Shown in pieces: positions 38,323 to 47,399 of a stretch of DNA of 64,000 nucleotides. The DNA lies in assembly GCA_041658205.1 (NCBI GenBank), contig JBBAAO010000001.1, positions 838,800 to 902,799 on the forward strand, given 5' to 3'. The notes beneath the pieces were generated by a model that saw only the letters and a program-made list of their open reading frames with translations, searched no databases and had not been told where the DNA came from. The DNA comes from Bacteroidota bacterium. GTDB lineage: Bacteria > Bacteroidota > Ignavibacteria > UBA10030 > UBA8401. The translations under genes and the position numbers were made by a program. Numbering within the stretch: position 1 is the first letter of the stretch; the number at the start of each line of letters is the position of its first letter.

Positions 38323-40551
38323 ATGAAGAATTCACTCTTATTATTGCTCTTCTGTATTTTGATACCATCCGGGTTGCGGTCTGAAGAGTCGCGCTATGTA
38401 ACGATAGTACTGACAGCACACGATATTGAACAATGCGGCGGCTGGCCGATTGCACGGCGTTGGTACGGAAACATCATTCAAAAATTAGAAACTGCAGGAG
38501 CAGGAAGAATATTCATCGATATTGCTTTTGTTACTAGAGATCCGCTCCATCCCGAATCGGATGAATATTTGTTTGAGATTTTACAACAGAATGATAATGT
38601 ATTTCTGTTATCCCCTTCTTCCCAAAAAAATGGATCGACGGTTGTTATTTTGGGCAACAAAGAAATTCCTGCATCCAGGACATTTTCTCCATTCTCAACA
38701 GGATTCGATTTCGTGGAACAACTTCCAATCCTCAAAGATACTACCGTTCTTGCTTCAGCGCTACTTCACAACACCGGAAGAAACCTTCTAAACAGTATCG
38801 TTCAATTTCCTGCGCAGGGCATTCAACCTGACCATCATTTTTTAGAGATACTTCAGCAAGAGATTCAACTTCATGGCAAAGATGTTATTGTGTATATCGA
38901 CTATCCCGGTGTCACATCGTATGTCGTTTCGCCGTCGGGCGCAAAAATTGTGACATCTCTTTTACAGGTGTGGACAGCAAAAAAGATCTCATCAGGCGAT
39001 AGTTCAAGATTATTGGAATTGTGGCATTACGCTGTTGTCATTTTCTTTTGTTTGTTTCCGACTGGATGGTATGGAATTAAAAAAAGATATCTGTTTGGTA
39101 CAATGACTTCTACAGTCTGCTTTGTCTGTTCCATTCTTGTTCTCACGTTGTTTCATTTTTTTGTACCGTTCTGGTATGTTGCTGTAACGGGTGGATGGGT
39201 TGCTGCGTCGTTATTGATCATCGGTATGGTATTCACATTTCAGGCAAACAAAGAGAATCCAAAATCTGTCGGTACAGAAATACCTGATGAAAAAAAGGAA
39301 GAGTTGGAGTCCTTACGATATCAATTGAAATATTACGAACAACTTTCGCAACAATTTCCGCCGGAGCACGATGTATTAACATCGGAGAGTGCAAACATTG
39401 TATATCATCCCCATTCACCGCTGGTTGAACTTCTTAAAAAAGGAGCACAGATCGCAGAATCGAATATGCCTGTACTCCTTTCCGGGGAATCGGGGACAGG
39501 GAAAGAGAAACTCGCACAGTTCATTCATCAAAAATCACCACGGCATTCGGCGCCGTTTATCGCTGTGAATTGTTCTTCGCTGAACGACGGATTGATCGAA
39601 TCCGAATTGTTTGGCCACGAACAAGGATCGTTCACCGGAGCGATCAAAACAAAGATTGGTCGATTTGAACTTGCCAGCGGCGGAACATTATTCCTTGATG
39701 AGATTGGTGAAACGACCCCTTCATTTCAAGCAAAGGTTTTGCGGGTAATTCAGGAAAATGTGTTTGAAAGGGTTGGGGGGACAAAAGAAATCCGAATTGA
39801 CGTCCGCATTATTGCTGCAACAAACAAAAATCTTAAAGAGCTTGCAAAGAAAGGACAGTTTCGCGAAGATCTATTCTATCGTCTCCATGGATTTGAATTG
39901 GAAATTCCGTCACTCCGCGAACGCACTGAAGATATTGAAGCGTTGTTCAAACATTTCCTGTATGAACAGGATCCGTCACTTTCCTATTCAACTCAATTGA
40001 TTAGCTGGTTGAAGGAACAACGGTGGCAGGGAAATGTTCGACAATTGCAGTCGGCAACACAGCGGTCAGTGTTGAATGCCAGGATGCACGACAGAACATT
40101 TATTATTCCAAAAGATTTTGAATTGGGGACGCAATCCACCGTAGACCAGACGAGCGAAGGGAAGGAGATCGCGCAAAAAGTCTTGGAAGGATTACGGACA
40201 CATCAATTTGATCACAAAAGCATCGCGAAAGTTTCTGCCGATCTGTTGCTGCATCGAAGCACGGTTACGGAATATTTCCGCGGATGGGTGATTCATTTTC
40301 TTTTACTCTGTCGGGAATCGAAGCAACAATTTCTTCAAGGACTGCATGGGGGAACATCGATTGCAGATCAAGATCGATTTGAAGAGCGAATCGATGCCTA
40401 TGTGGAGTATATCCAATCAAATATTACAGAAGGTCTTTCAGTCGGAGAAACAAAAGAAGAGATCGTGTCAAAACGATTTCGGAAACTGCCGATTCCGTTT
40501 CGCGGGGATCTAATTCAATTGATTGAACAACATCGGCTATCGAAGAGATAA
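38323..40551 (+). CDS. Membrane-anchored σ54-dependent transcriptional activator with an N-terminal extracytoplasmic CHASE2-like sensor domain
   Basis: N-terminal signal/TM. A CHASE2-like segment (GGWPIARRWYGNIIQKLETAGAGRIFIDIAF…DEYLFEILQQNDNVFLL) is followed by three TM helices. The σ54-interaction AAA+ domain has LLSGESGTGKE, GAFTGA and GGTLFLDEIGE, and an Arg-finger region. It ends with an HTH-like segment (SIAKVSADLLLHRSTVTEYFR) plus a ~100-aa C-terminal extension. Start ATG at 38323 (MKNSLLLLLF); the track ORF starts at 38269. Confidence 0.7.
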   Translation: MKNSLLLLLFCILIPSGLRSEESRYVTIVLTAHDIEQCGGWPIARRWYGNIIQKLETAGAGRIFIDIAFVTRDPLHPESDEYLFEILQQNDNVFLLSPSSQKNGSTVVILGNKEIPASRTFSPFSTGFDFVEQLPILKDTTVLASALLHNTGRNLLNSIVQFPAQGIQPDHHFLEILQQEIQLHGKDVIVYIDYPGVTSYVVSPSGAKIVTSLLQVWTAKKISSGDSSRLLELWHYAVVIFFCLFPTGWYGIKKRYLFGTMTSTVCFVCSILVLTLFHFFVPFWYVAVTGGWVAASLLIIGMVFTFQANKENPKSVGTEIPDEKKEELESLRYQLKYYEQLSQQFPPEHDVLTSESANIVYHPHSPLVELLKKGAQIAESNMPVLLSGESGTGKEKLAQFIHQKSPRHSAPFIAVNCSSLNDGLIESELFGHEQGSFTGAIKTKIGRFELASGGTLFLDEIGETTPSFQAKVLRVIQENVFERVGGTKEIRIDVRIIAATNKNLKELAKKGQFREDLFYRLHGFELEIPSLRERTEDIEALFKHFLYEQDPSLSYSTQLISWLKEQRWQGNVRQLQSATQRSVLNARMHDRTFIIPKDFELGTQSTVDQTSEGKEIAQKVLEGLRTHQFDHKSIAKVSADLLLHRSTVTEYFRGWVIHFLLLCRESKQQFLQGLHGGTSIADQDRFEERIDAYVEYIQSNITEGLSVGETKEEIVSKRFRKLPIPFRGDLIQLIEQHRLSKR

Positions 40552-40556
40552 TCTCA

Positions 40557-42554
40557 ATGGGTCGATTCTGTACATACTGTATTCTGCTGATGAGTCCAAT
40601 GTTGCTCTTTGCACAATTTGATTATCATCGGGAATTATCGCAGTGGGAATTGGAGAAAGGTGACGTCCGTTTTTCAATCTCTTCGGGTATCAGCAAATTT
40701 GTAACGACGAAGAACAAATTTTTAGAAAGTAAAGTCTCCCTGCGGTTTGCTACCGAGTATTGGGAATTTGGAACGTATATTCGATTGAACAACCAAATCA
40801 ATTTTGAGATACCATCCGATGATAGCTTCCTCAATATTTCCGACGATCAAACGGTTTTCATTAACCCTAATCTCATTTTAACGAACGAATCGTATCAGAT
40901 TTCAAAACCGATATCGTTATTTGCCACCCGCCATTTTGGAGCGATTGATGTTACGGTCGATCTTTCTCCGGTATTTCGTCTAGAACGAATTTGGACACCG
41001 TTGATTAACCAAATCGACTCAACAACGTACACAATATCCAATTACGAAGATATACGAAACCAGGCGGACTTTGTCTCCGGTGTGCTTGCCAGTACCACAC
41101 TGGAACCATTTATTTTTTTTGCCGGCATCTCATCATTGTCTGTTGCACGAATTGGTGATACACGAAGTTCGAGAATGGATGTTGTGCCGATGATTGGTGT
41201 TGGTATCATGAATGGAATATCGTGGCTCAATCTGATCACAAATTTTTCCGATGTGAGGGTGCAGCATTTGCAGTCGTTCTATATTCCGTGGTTGACGGAA
41301 GAGCGTTCAGTCTATTTTCGATTACAAGGTCAGCTGAGCAAGCGATTGTTTTCCTCCTATGGGGCATCCTGCGAAGTCATCGCGCCGATTTCAGAACGGA
41401 TGCAGTTGTCCGCAGGTTACACCGCTGTTCGAAGCAAATCTGCTTCGTTCTCCGAAAAAGATCTAAAGAACTGGTATGTCTCCGTCTCTCCGCCATGGGA
41501 TGAAGATATGGAATCGCGTTTGCCGCATTCCTCCGTGAAGATTGGAATTCAATACGATTTGAGAAAAGAATCACAACAAAGCTTTGTGCAGCTACTGCGA
41601 AGTAATTTTCAACGGACAGATATCTACTTTGCGAAACGAGATTTTTACGCATACAATTCTGTCGGTGAAATTATCATTCGAAACACGGCAAGTGACATGG
41701 TTGACTGCCGGTTTGTATTAGAAATTGAGGGAGGGCTCGGAACATACCGCACGGAACAGTTACGGCTTGAACCCAACCAAACCATTACGGTGCCGCTGTT
41801 CCTCTATCTTCCGGATGTCACCATTCAGAAATCGTCTGAGACGAAAGAGATGCATCTGTCATTGTTGGAACGGGGAAAAGAATGGAAAGTCACCACCGTC
41901 CCGGTCACCGTTCACGAAGCGCACCATTGGGATGGAGACACAAAGAATTTGCATTTTTTTCTGACACCGGAAGATCCAACGATTATTACGAATGCCAGAA
42001 AAATTCTTCTTTCTTCGGCTGAAATGGATTCGTCCAAAACCGTGCAACAGAGAATGTTTTTTTCATTGAAAAGATTTATCACCGCTCTCGGACGGAATTT
42101 GAAATATGTCAGTGATCCAACGACAACGTTTGTTACGGATAGAGTACAATATCCCGTGGAGACACTCGAACAGCAGGCCGGCGATTGTGAAGATCTTGTT
42201 GTCTATACCGCTACGAGTTTAATGTCGATCGGGTACCAGTGTGCAGTAGTTGATATTCTCCCCGCATCGAAGAATCGAAGCAATAACAACACGCAGAAAG
42301 ATGTCGGCCATGTATTTTTATTGGTTGATACCGGAATTGAAACGGAACATGCATTTGAGATCAATCTGGTGGATGTTGAATGGATTGCACGGAAGTCCGT
42401 CAATGGTAAATCCACAATTTGGATACCAGTCGAAACAACGGTGTTAAACAAAGGATTTGATGAGGCGTCGAGGAGCGGCGTTATTCAGTATTACGAGCAT
42501 GTTATTGCGCCAGAAGAATTCAGACAACATTCGGTGCGCGTGGTCGATTTTTAA
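40557..42554 (+). CDS. Hypothetical exported protein with a possible C-terminal transglutaminase-like (Cys-His-Asp) domain
   Basis: 665 aa with a signal peptide (MLLFAQ). The C-terminal region QQAGDCEDLVVYTATSLMSIGYQ…(~40 aa)…VGHVFLLVD…EINLVD has residue spacing consistent with a transglutaminase-like cysteine-protease core. Tentative. Confidence 0.45.
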   Translation: MGRFCTYCILLMSPMLLFAQFDYHRELSQWELEKGDVRFSISSGISKFVTTKNKFLESKVSLRFATEYWEFGTYIRLNNQINFEIPSDDSFLNISDDQTVFINPNLILTNESYQISKPISLFATRHFGAIDVTVDLSPVFRLERIWTPLINQIDSTTYTISNYEDIRNQADFVSGVLASTTLEPFIFFAGISSLSVARIGDTRSSRMDVVPMIGVGIMNGISWLNLITNFSDVRVQHLQSFYIPWLTEERSVYFRLQGQLSKRLFSSYGASCEVIAPISERMQLSAGYTAVRSKSASFSEKDLKNWYVSVSPPWDEDMESRLPHSSVKIGIQYDLRKESQQSFVQLLRSNFQRTDIYFAKRDFYAYNSVGEIIIRNTASDMVDCRFVLEIEGGLGTYRTEQLRLEPNQTITVPLFLYLPDVTIQKSSETKEMHLSLLERGKEWKVTTVPVTVHEAHHWDGDTKNLHFFLTPEDPTIITNARKILLSSAEMDSSKTVQQRMFFSLKRFITALGRNLKYVSDPTTTFVTDRVQYPVETLEQQAGDCEDLVVYTATSLMSIGYQCAVVDILPASKNRSNNNTQKDVGHVFLLVDTGIETEHAFEINLVDVEWIARKSVNGKSTIWIPVETTVLNKGFDEASRSGVIQYYEHVIAPEEFRQHSVRVVDF

Positions 42555-42598
42555 TAATACAGTAGTATTTCATTGTTGAACAAACGGGCGAGGGTCAC

Positions 42599-43312
42599 AT
42601 GAGAACAACATTCGGCAATATGATTTTTCGATGTGCAGTGATATTCGGGATTGCGAGCAGTGCATTGGCGCAGAATAATGTCTGGCTAAAATTGGAAAAA
42701 GGGGACGCGCTTGTTCTTCTGCCCAAGACAGCTCAATGGCAGCCGCTTATTACAAAGAATGAAATACCGCGGAGAACATATCTGTTAACGAAAGAACTAT
42801 CTGTTGTAAAAATTTTTGTCGCTACGGAAATTTACGAAGTAGATGAGAATAGTTATGTGTTCATTGAAGATGTCATTGCGAAATCACGAGGACAGCTCGT
42901 TGCTGAATTAACAAGAATCGAAGCAGAACAACTTCCCAATCCTGAAAGGAAAAATGAATCTCCCAATGCGCAGGAAGTTGGACTGACCTATGGAAAACCG
43001 TCGCAATCTTCTGTGGGTGATGGTAACATCCCCTACAGGAAAGAACGGTTTACTGCGATCAATTATTTTATAAAAAAGGATCGACCTGATGCCGCCCTGT
43101 TGACAATGAAACGAATGCTCACAAAATACCCTTCACTGTATTTGGATCAGTTGGTTGTGGAACAACTTTTCTCGCTGTATGAACGATTGGAGCTTCACGG
43201 ATTTTTATTTGATGAGTCGAACAAACTGTTATCCATTATTAAAAACGAAGAGTTTTCTACTGTCGTGATGAAATGGAATAAAGAAGCAAAAAAGAAACTG
43301 ACCGGGAATTGA
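42599..43312 (+). CDS. Hypothetical exported protein
   Basis: 237 aa with a signal peptide (MIFRCAVIFGIASSALAQ). No recognisable domain. Confidence 0.55.
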   Translation: MRTTFGNMIFRCAVIFGIASSALAQNNVWLKLEKGDALVLLPKTAQWQPLITKNEIPRRTYLLTKELSVVKIFVATEIYEVDENSYVFIEDVIAKSRGQLVAELTRIEAEQLPNPERKNESPNAQEVGLTYGKPSQSSVGDGNIPYRKERFTAINYFIKKDRPDAALLTMKRMLTKYPSLYLDQLVVEQLFSLYERLELHGFLFDESNKLLSIIKNEEFSTVVMKWNKEAKKKLTGN

Positions 43313-43405
43313 TTTTTGCTGTCGGATAGATGTTATGCAACAGAAACACTCCTCTGTCCCACAGTTTTGGTTTAGAAAAATGCATGATTTATCGAGGTTT
43401 ATTTT

Positions 43406-43421
43406 TGGCACGCACCTTGTA
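43406..43421 (+). promoter_or_regulatory. Candidate σ54 (-24/-12) promoter TGGCAC-N5-TTGT upstream of the CHRD/T9SS giant gene
   Basis: TGGCACgcaccTTGT has GG-N10-GT spacing that matches the σ54 consensus TGGCAC-N5-TTGCW, except that the -12 element reads TTGT rather than TTGC. It lies ~45 nt upstream of the ATG at 43464, which has a GGAG RBS. Confidence 0.3.
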
Positions 43422-43463
43422 AATGCATTTGCATCACCAATCACATTTTTGAAGGAGTACACT

Positions 43464-46400
43464 ATGAAGCATCAATTTTTCTCCCTTATGGTTTTTATTG
43501 TTGCTGCATCGGCACTGGCCTTTGCAAAGGGACCGTTGCAAAAAAATCAGGGACAGCAGGGAAGTCTTGGCATTCCTCAAGCAACATTGATGAATATCAA
43601 TAACATCTCGTCTTGGTACAAAAATAACGGGGAATCCGAACGGAATCCTGCAACCGGAAATTCAGGACTGACGTTTCCGCGCGGGACATCTACCGCTGTC
43701 TATAGTTCAGGATTGATGTTTGGTGCAATTTCGACGGACGGAATTCAGTCCGGACCGCGTGTGACCGGTCATAGTTATAATTCCGGATTTGCTCCCGGTG
43801 CTATTCTTGGTCTCCGCACTGGTATTGTTGAAAGCGCAAGCGATCCTAATGTCCGTATCTGGAGGATTCGCCGGGACTATGCCGTTGCAGATTTAAAACA
43901 AGATGCAGCGGAATATTTTATGAAATCGTTAGCAGTAGTAACTGCGGAAGATATTCTTGCAATACGAGATCAATATAAAAAGGATTGGCAGGAATGGCCT
44001 GCATCAAAAGGAGCTCCATTTTATGATGCGAATAACGATGGAATCTATACGCCGCAATTTGAAACAGTAGACGGAAAAGAAGTTCCAAAAGTGTTTCCGC
44101 AAGCAGATGAACCGGGTATTGCCAAAGGAGATCAGGTGATTTGGTATGTTTGTAATGATATTGCAAATGGCGATTCACCGTGGAAAACAAAACCGATGGG
44201 TCTAGAACAGCAGGTAACAATTTGGGGATACAACTCTAACAGCAAGACCGGAAATATCCTCTATAAAAAATTTAAAGTAGTTTATAAAGGAACCTCACAA
44301 ACTCCAGTCGGGTCGAAATTGGAAAATGCGTATATAACCCACTGGTCAGACTATGATATTGGAGATGCAGGAGATGATTTTGCAGGATGTGATACACTGC
44401 TCAGTCTTGGATATGGATATAATTCCAAAACGCTCGATAGTGAATACCGCAAGTTTAATCTGATTCCTCCGGCTCTTGGCTATGACTTTCTGCAGGGCCC
44501 TATCGTGCCATCAAGTGGTGACACAGCGGTGTTTGATTTGAAGAAACGTGTGGGATATAAAAATTTGTCGATGACTTCGTTCCTTTATTTTGCGTCAGGG
44601 GACATGTATACCGATCCGCCATTTAATTTTAACGGGTCAATTCAATGGTACCAAATGATGCGAGGTTTACCACCGTTTCCTCAGGGACCTCCGGATCCGG
44701 CACCGGTGAACAATCCTGTAACAAACAAACCGACTGGTTTCTGGTATTCAGGCGATCCTGTTCTAAAAACAGGATGGATCGATGGTCGAATTAATTCTCC
44801 GGGTGATAGAAGAATCGTGCAGTCGAGCGGTCCTTTCACCATGGCGCTTGGTGATACACAAGAAATTGTTGTCGGTGTTGTGATGGCAATCGGGGATGAT
44901 TTTCTGAACAGCATTACAAAGATGAAAGAAAATGATCGATACGTTCAATTCATGTATAACTCGTTATTTGAATTAGTTCCTCCTTCAGTAAGCGCAACAG
45001 TGACGTATCCGAATTCTACCAATGCCGATATTGCATTAAAGGGGGTCGGACAAGCAGGAAAATTTACTTCGCTCTTTGCAAATATTAAAGGAACATCGGT
45101 TCAGTTATTCGACGATGGAACGCATAATGATGGCAGTGCAGGTGACGGAGTGTTTGCAAATTCAACATCGATCAATCGATCAATTGTTCCGAATGGAATT
45201 GATATTACGTTTACTGACTCGAATAATAAGACCCATTCCATTCAGAATGCTGTCGAGAATCTTACCACAGCGGGAAGCGTAGACGTAACAAGTGCGCCGG
45301 TAATATTTGACAACATAAATAACAACGGCACGGTGAATAATGGTGAATATGTTCACTACACAATAACAATCAAAAATAATACTCCATTTACGCTCACCGG
45401 TGTAAAAGGAACCATATCCACCAACACTGAATTTGCAAAAGAATATTCATTTGGATCAATAGCATCAGGAAGCGAATCAGCAGTACCAAATGATAAATTT
45501 TTTACTTTTAGATTGCCCATGAATTATTCTGCTCCAAACTACAATATTGATTTAACATTTTCGGATGAGAATGGAAATCTCTGGAAATCTTCATGGTCAT
45601 TTCCAGTTGTTCACTATGCGTCGGTTGCCGATTCGTTATCCAACATCGCCGCCAATATTGTCGGCAATAATGATGGTCAAGTAGGATATGTTCTGTACGA
45701 ACCATCAATCGCCGGACAGGTGTTTGATATCTGGTATGGCGGGAATAATCTGACGAGAGATTGGACAGTAGTCAAAAATTTACCGAATTCGGATTATGCT
45801 TCGGTTACGGCAAATCTTTCTGCATTAAAACAAATTCCGGCAATAACAACGTTGCCAAATGCAAAAGGGACCGGAACGTTTACAGTGAATGATGCAAAAG
45901 ATCAGTTAACATATTCCATTAGCGCGTCAGGGTTATCCGGGTCAATCACAGCTGCACATATTCATCTCGGCTCATCATCCGCAAATGGTCTTCCGGTAAA
46001 GACACTCACATTTTCAGGAACAACTGCCGCGGGTGTTTGGGCGAAAAACGATGCCACTGATCCATTCGCGGATTCTCTCTTTAAGAAGTTGATTGCGGGT
46101 GAACTCTACGTGAATATTCATACAGCGGCAAATCCCGGCGGTGAGATTCGCGGACAAATTTCTGATGGAATGAATCTTCGGCAATCTGTCGATATGACGC
46201 TCAATCCGGTAAAACCCATTTTTTCAAACGTGGAAAATAGATTTTCAGGATTTTCATTATTTATCGGCCGTGCGAAAGCCGGAACAAAATCTGTTCAACA
46301 GACATCGCCAACAATAGGGAACGTCTTAAATACACCAAATCCGGAAAATTCATATCGAGTCGTTGATTCTCTATTGCAAAATTTTTTGAATCCATCAAAA

Positions 46401-47198
46401 ATTGATGAATCAACCATTGAACTTCAGTTTAATAATGACGTGAACTGGGCAATCGCCGTACCAGCAGTTACGAATCCAATTCCGGCACAGTCGTATTATG
46501 TAAAGGTTCCCTTTGCAGTATTTAAAGATACAGTCCGCATTTTTCCGGTTGTTGTCGATAAAAACAGCGACACAATCTGGAACACCACTGCAAATCCCAC
46601 ATACTTAGGCAAACCTTTGTTTGATAACATCCGTGGAATTGTGGACACAAAAGATGCAAATAATAACGATATCAGATATTATTCTTCTGCGTTCCCATCA
46701 TTTCCACCTACATCGACTGTTATTAAAGCACGATTGGTTAATGGTATTAACCATCTTCTGACGAATATTCTTTTTACAAATGAAGCAGGAAACAATACTG
46801 CACCTCCAAGCGGAACAAAGATCATTTTTAATCAATATCAATCGATCAAAGCCGGGGATATTAAATCTATTACATTGAAAACACTCGGTGTTTCAACAGA
46901 ACAGCTTTCCGTTATTCCGCACGATTATTCTCTGTCGCAGAATTATCCGAATCCTTTCAATCCGTCGACGAATATCGAATTCGCTTTACCGAGACAATCG
47001 CATGTTTCTTTGAAGGTGTACGATGTCATCGGACGAGAGGTCGCAACATTATTTAGTGAAGAAAAATCTGCTGGACGATTCTCTGTGCAATGGAACGGAA
47101 AGAATAATAATAATCAGTTAATTTCAAGCGGGATATATTTCTACCGATTGGAAGCTGGAACTTTTGTGCAGACTAAAAAAATGATTTTGATTAAATAA
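43464..47198 (+). CDS. Very large exported protein (1245 aa) with a CHRD domain and a T9SS C-terminal sorting domain
   Basis: The signal peptide begins MKHQFFSLMVFIVAASALAFA. The track ORF starts at 43335, but an RBS-preceded ATG at 43464 is preferred. The CHRD-like segment is GTGTFTVNDAKDQLTYSISASGLSGSITAAHIHLGSSSANGLPV…GELYVNIHTAANPGGEIRGQI. The T9SS CTD is NYPNPFNPSTNIEF…GIYFYRLEAGTFVQTKKMILIK. Confidence 0.75.
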   Translation: MKHQFFSLMVFIVAASALAFAKGPLQKNQGQQGSLGIPQATLMNINNISSWYKNNGESERNPATGNSGLTFPRGTSTAVYSSGLMFGAISTDGIQSGPRVTGHSYNSGFAPGAILGLRTGIVESASDPNVRIWRIRRDYAVADLKQDAAEYFMKSLAVVTAEDILAIRDQYKKDWQEWPASKGAPFYDANNDGIYTPQFETVDGKEVPKVFPQADEPGIAKGDQVIWYVCNDIANGDSPWKTKPMGLEQQVTIWGYNSNSKTGNILYKKFKVVYKGTSQTPVGSKLENAYITHWSDYDIGDAGDDFAGCDTLLSLGYGYNSKTLDSEYRKFNLIPPALGYDFLQGPIVPSSGDTAVFDLKKRVGYKNLSMTSFLYFASGDMYTDPPFNFNGSIQWYQMMRGLPPFPQGPPDPAPVNNPVTNKPTGFWYSGDPVLKTGWIDGRINSPGDRRIVQSSGPFTMALGDTQEIVVGVVMAIGDDFLNSITKMKENDRYVQFMYNSLFELVPPSVSATVTYPNSTNADIALKGVGQAGKFTSLFANIKGTSVQLFDDGTHNDGSAGDGVFANSTSINRSIVPNGIDITFTDSNNKTHSIQNAVENLTTAGSVDVTSAPVIFDNINNNGTVNNGEYVHYTITIKNNTPFTLTGVKGTISTNTEFAKEYSFGSIASGSESAVPNDKFFTFRLPMNYSAPNYNIDLTFSDENGNLWKSSWSFPVVHYASVADSLSNIAANIVGNNDGQVGYVLYEPSIAGQVFDIWYGGNNLTRDWTVVKNLPNSDYASVTANLSALKQIPAITTLPNAKGTGTFTVNDAKDQLTYSISASGLSGSITAAHIHLGSSSANGLPVKTLTFSGTTAAGVWAKNDATDPFADSLFKKLIAGELYVNIHTAANPGGEIRGQISDGMNLRQSVDMTLNPVKPIFSNVENRFSGFSLFIGRAKAGTKSVQQTSPTIGNVLNTPNPENSYRVVDSLLQNFLNPSKIDESTIELQFNNDVNWAIAVPAVTNPIPAQSYYVKVPFAVFKDTVRIFPVVVDKNSDTIWNTTANPTYLGKPLFDNIRGIVDTKDANNNDIRYYSSAFPSFPPTSTVIKARLVNGINHLLTNILFTNEAGNNTAPPSGTKIIFNQYQSIKAGDIKSITLKTLGVSTEQLSVIPHDYSLSQNYPNPFNPSTNIEFALPRQSHVSLKVYDVIGREVATLFSEEKSAGRFSVQWNGKNNNNQLISSGIYFYRLEAGTFVQTKKMILIK

Positions 47199-47290
47199 GA
47201 GAAACATCTGATATCTTGAAAAAGGAAGTTTTATCCAGACGAAAAGCTGTTGTGTGGATGTGATGCAGTCTGGATATGGTACCCCACCGA

Positions 47291-47322
47291 AAGTCCCGCA
47301 AAATTCCGCGGGACTTTTTTTA
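47291..47322 (+). terminator. Rho-independent terminator after the CHRD/T9SS gene
   Basis: AGTCCCGC-aaaattcc-GCGGGACTTTTTTTATT. Confidence 0.7.
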
Positions 47323-47399
47323 TTCTTTCCCCTTGAGAAGACGGTTTGTTTGTTTTACATTTGGCAAACAGAAATCTCCTTTCACCAAATGGTAACTGT

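Noticed and set aside
43335-43463. N-terminal extension of the CHRD/T9SS giant ORF
   Set aside because: The extension lacks signal-peptide character. The RBS-preceded ATG at 43464 starts a canonical signal peptide, and the σ54-like motif lies within the extension.
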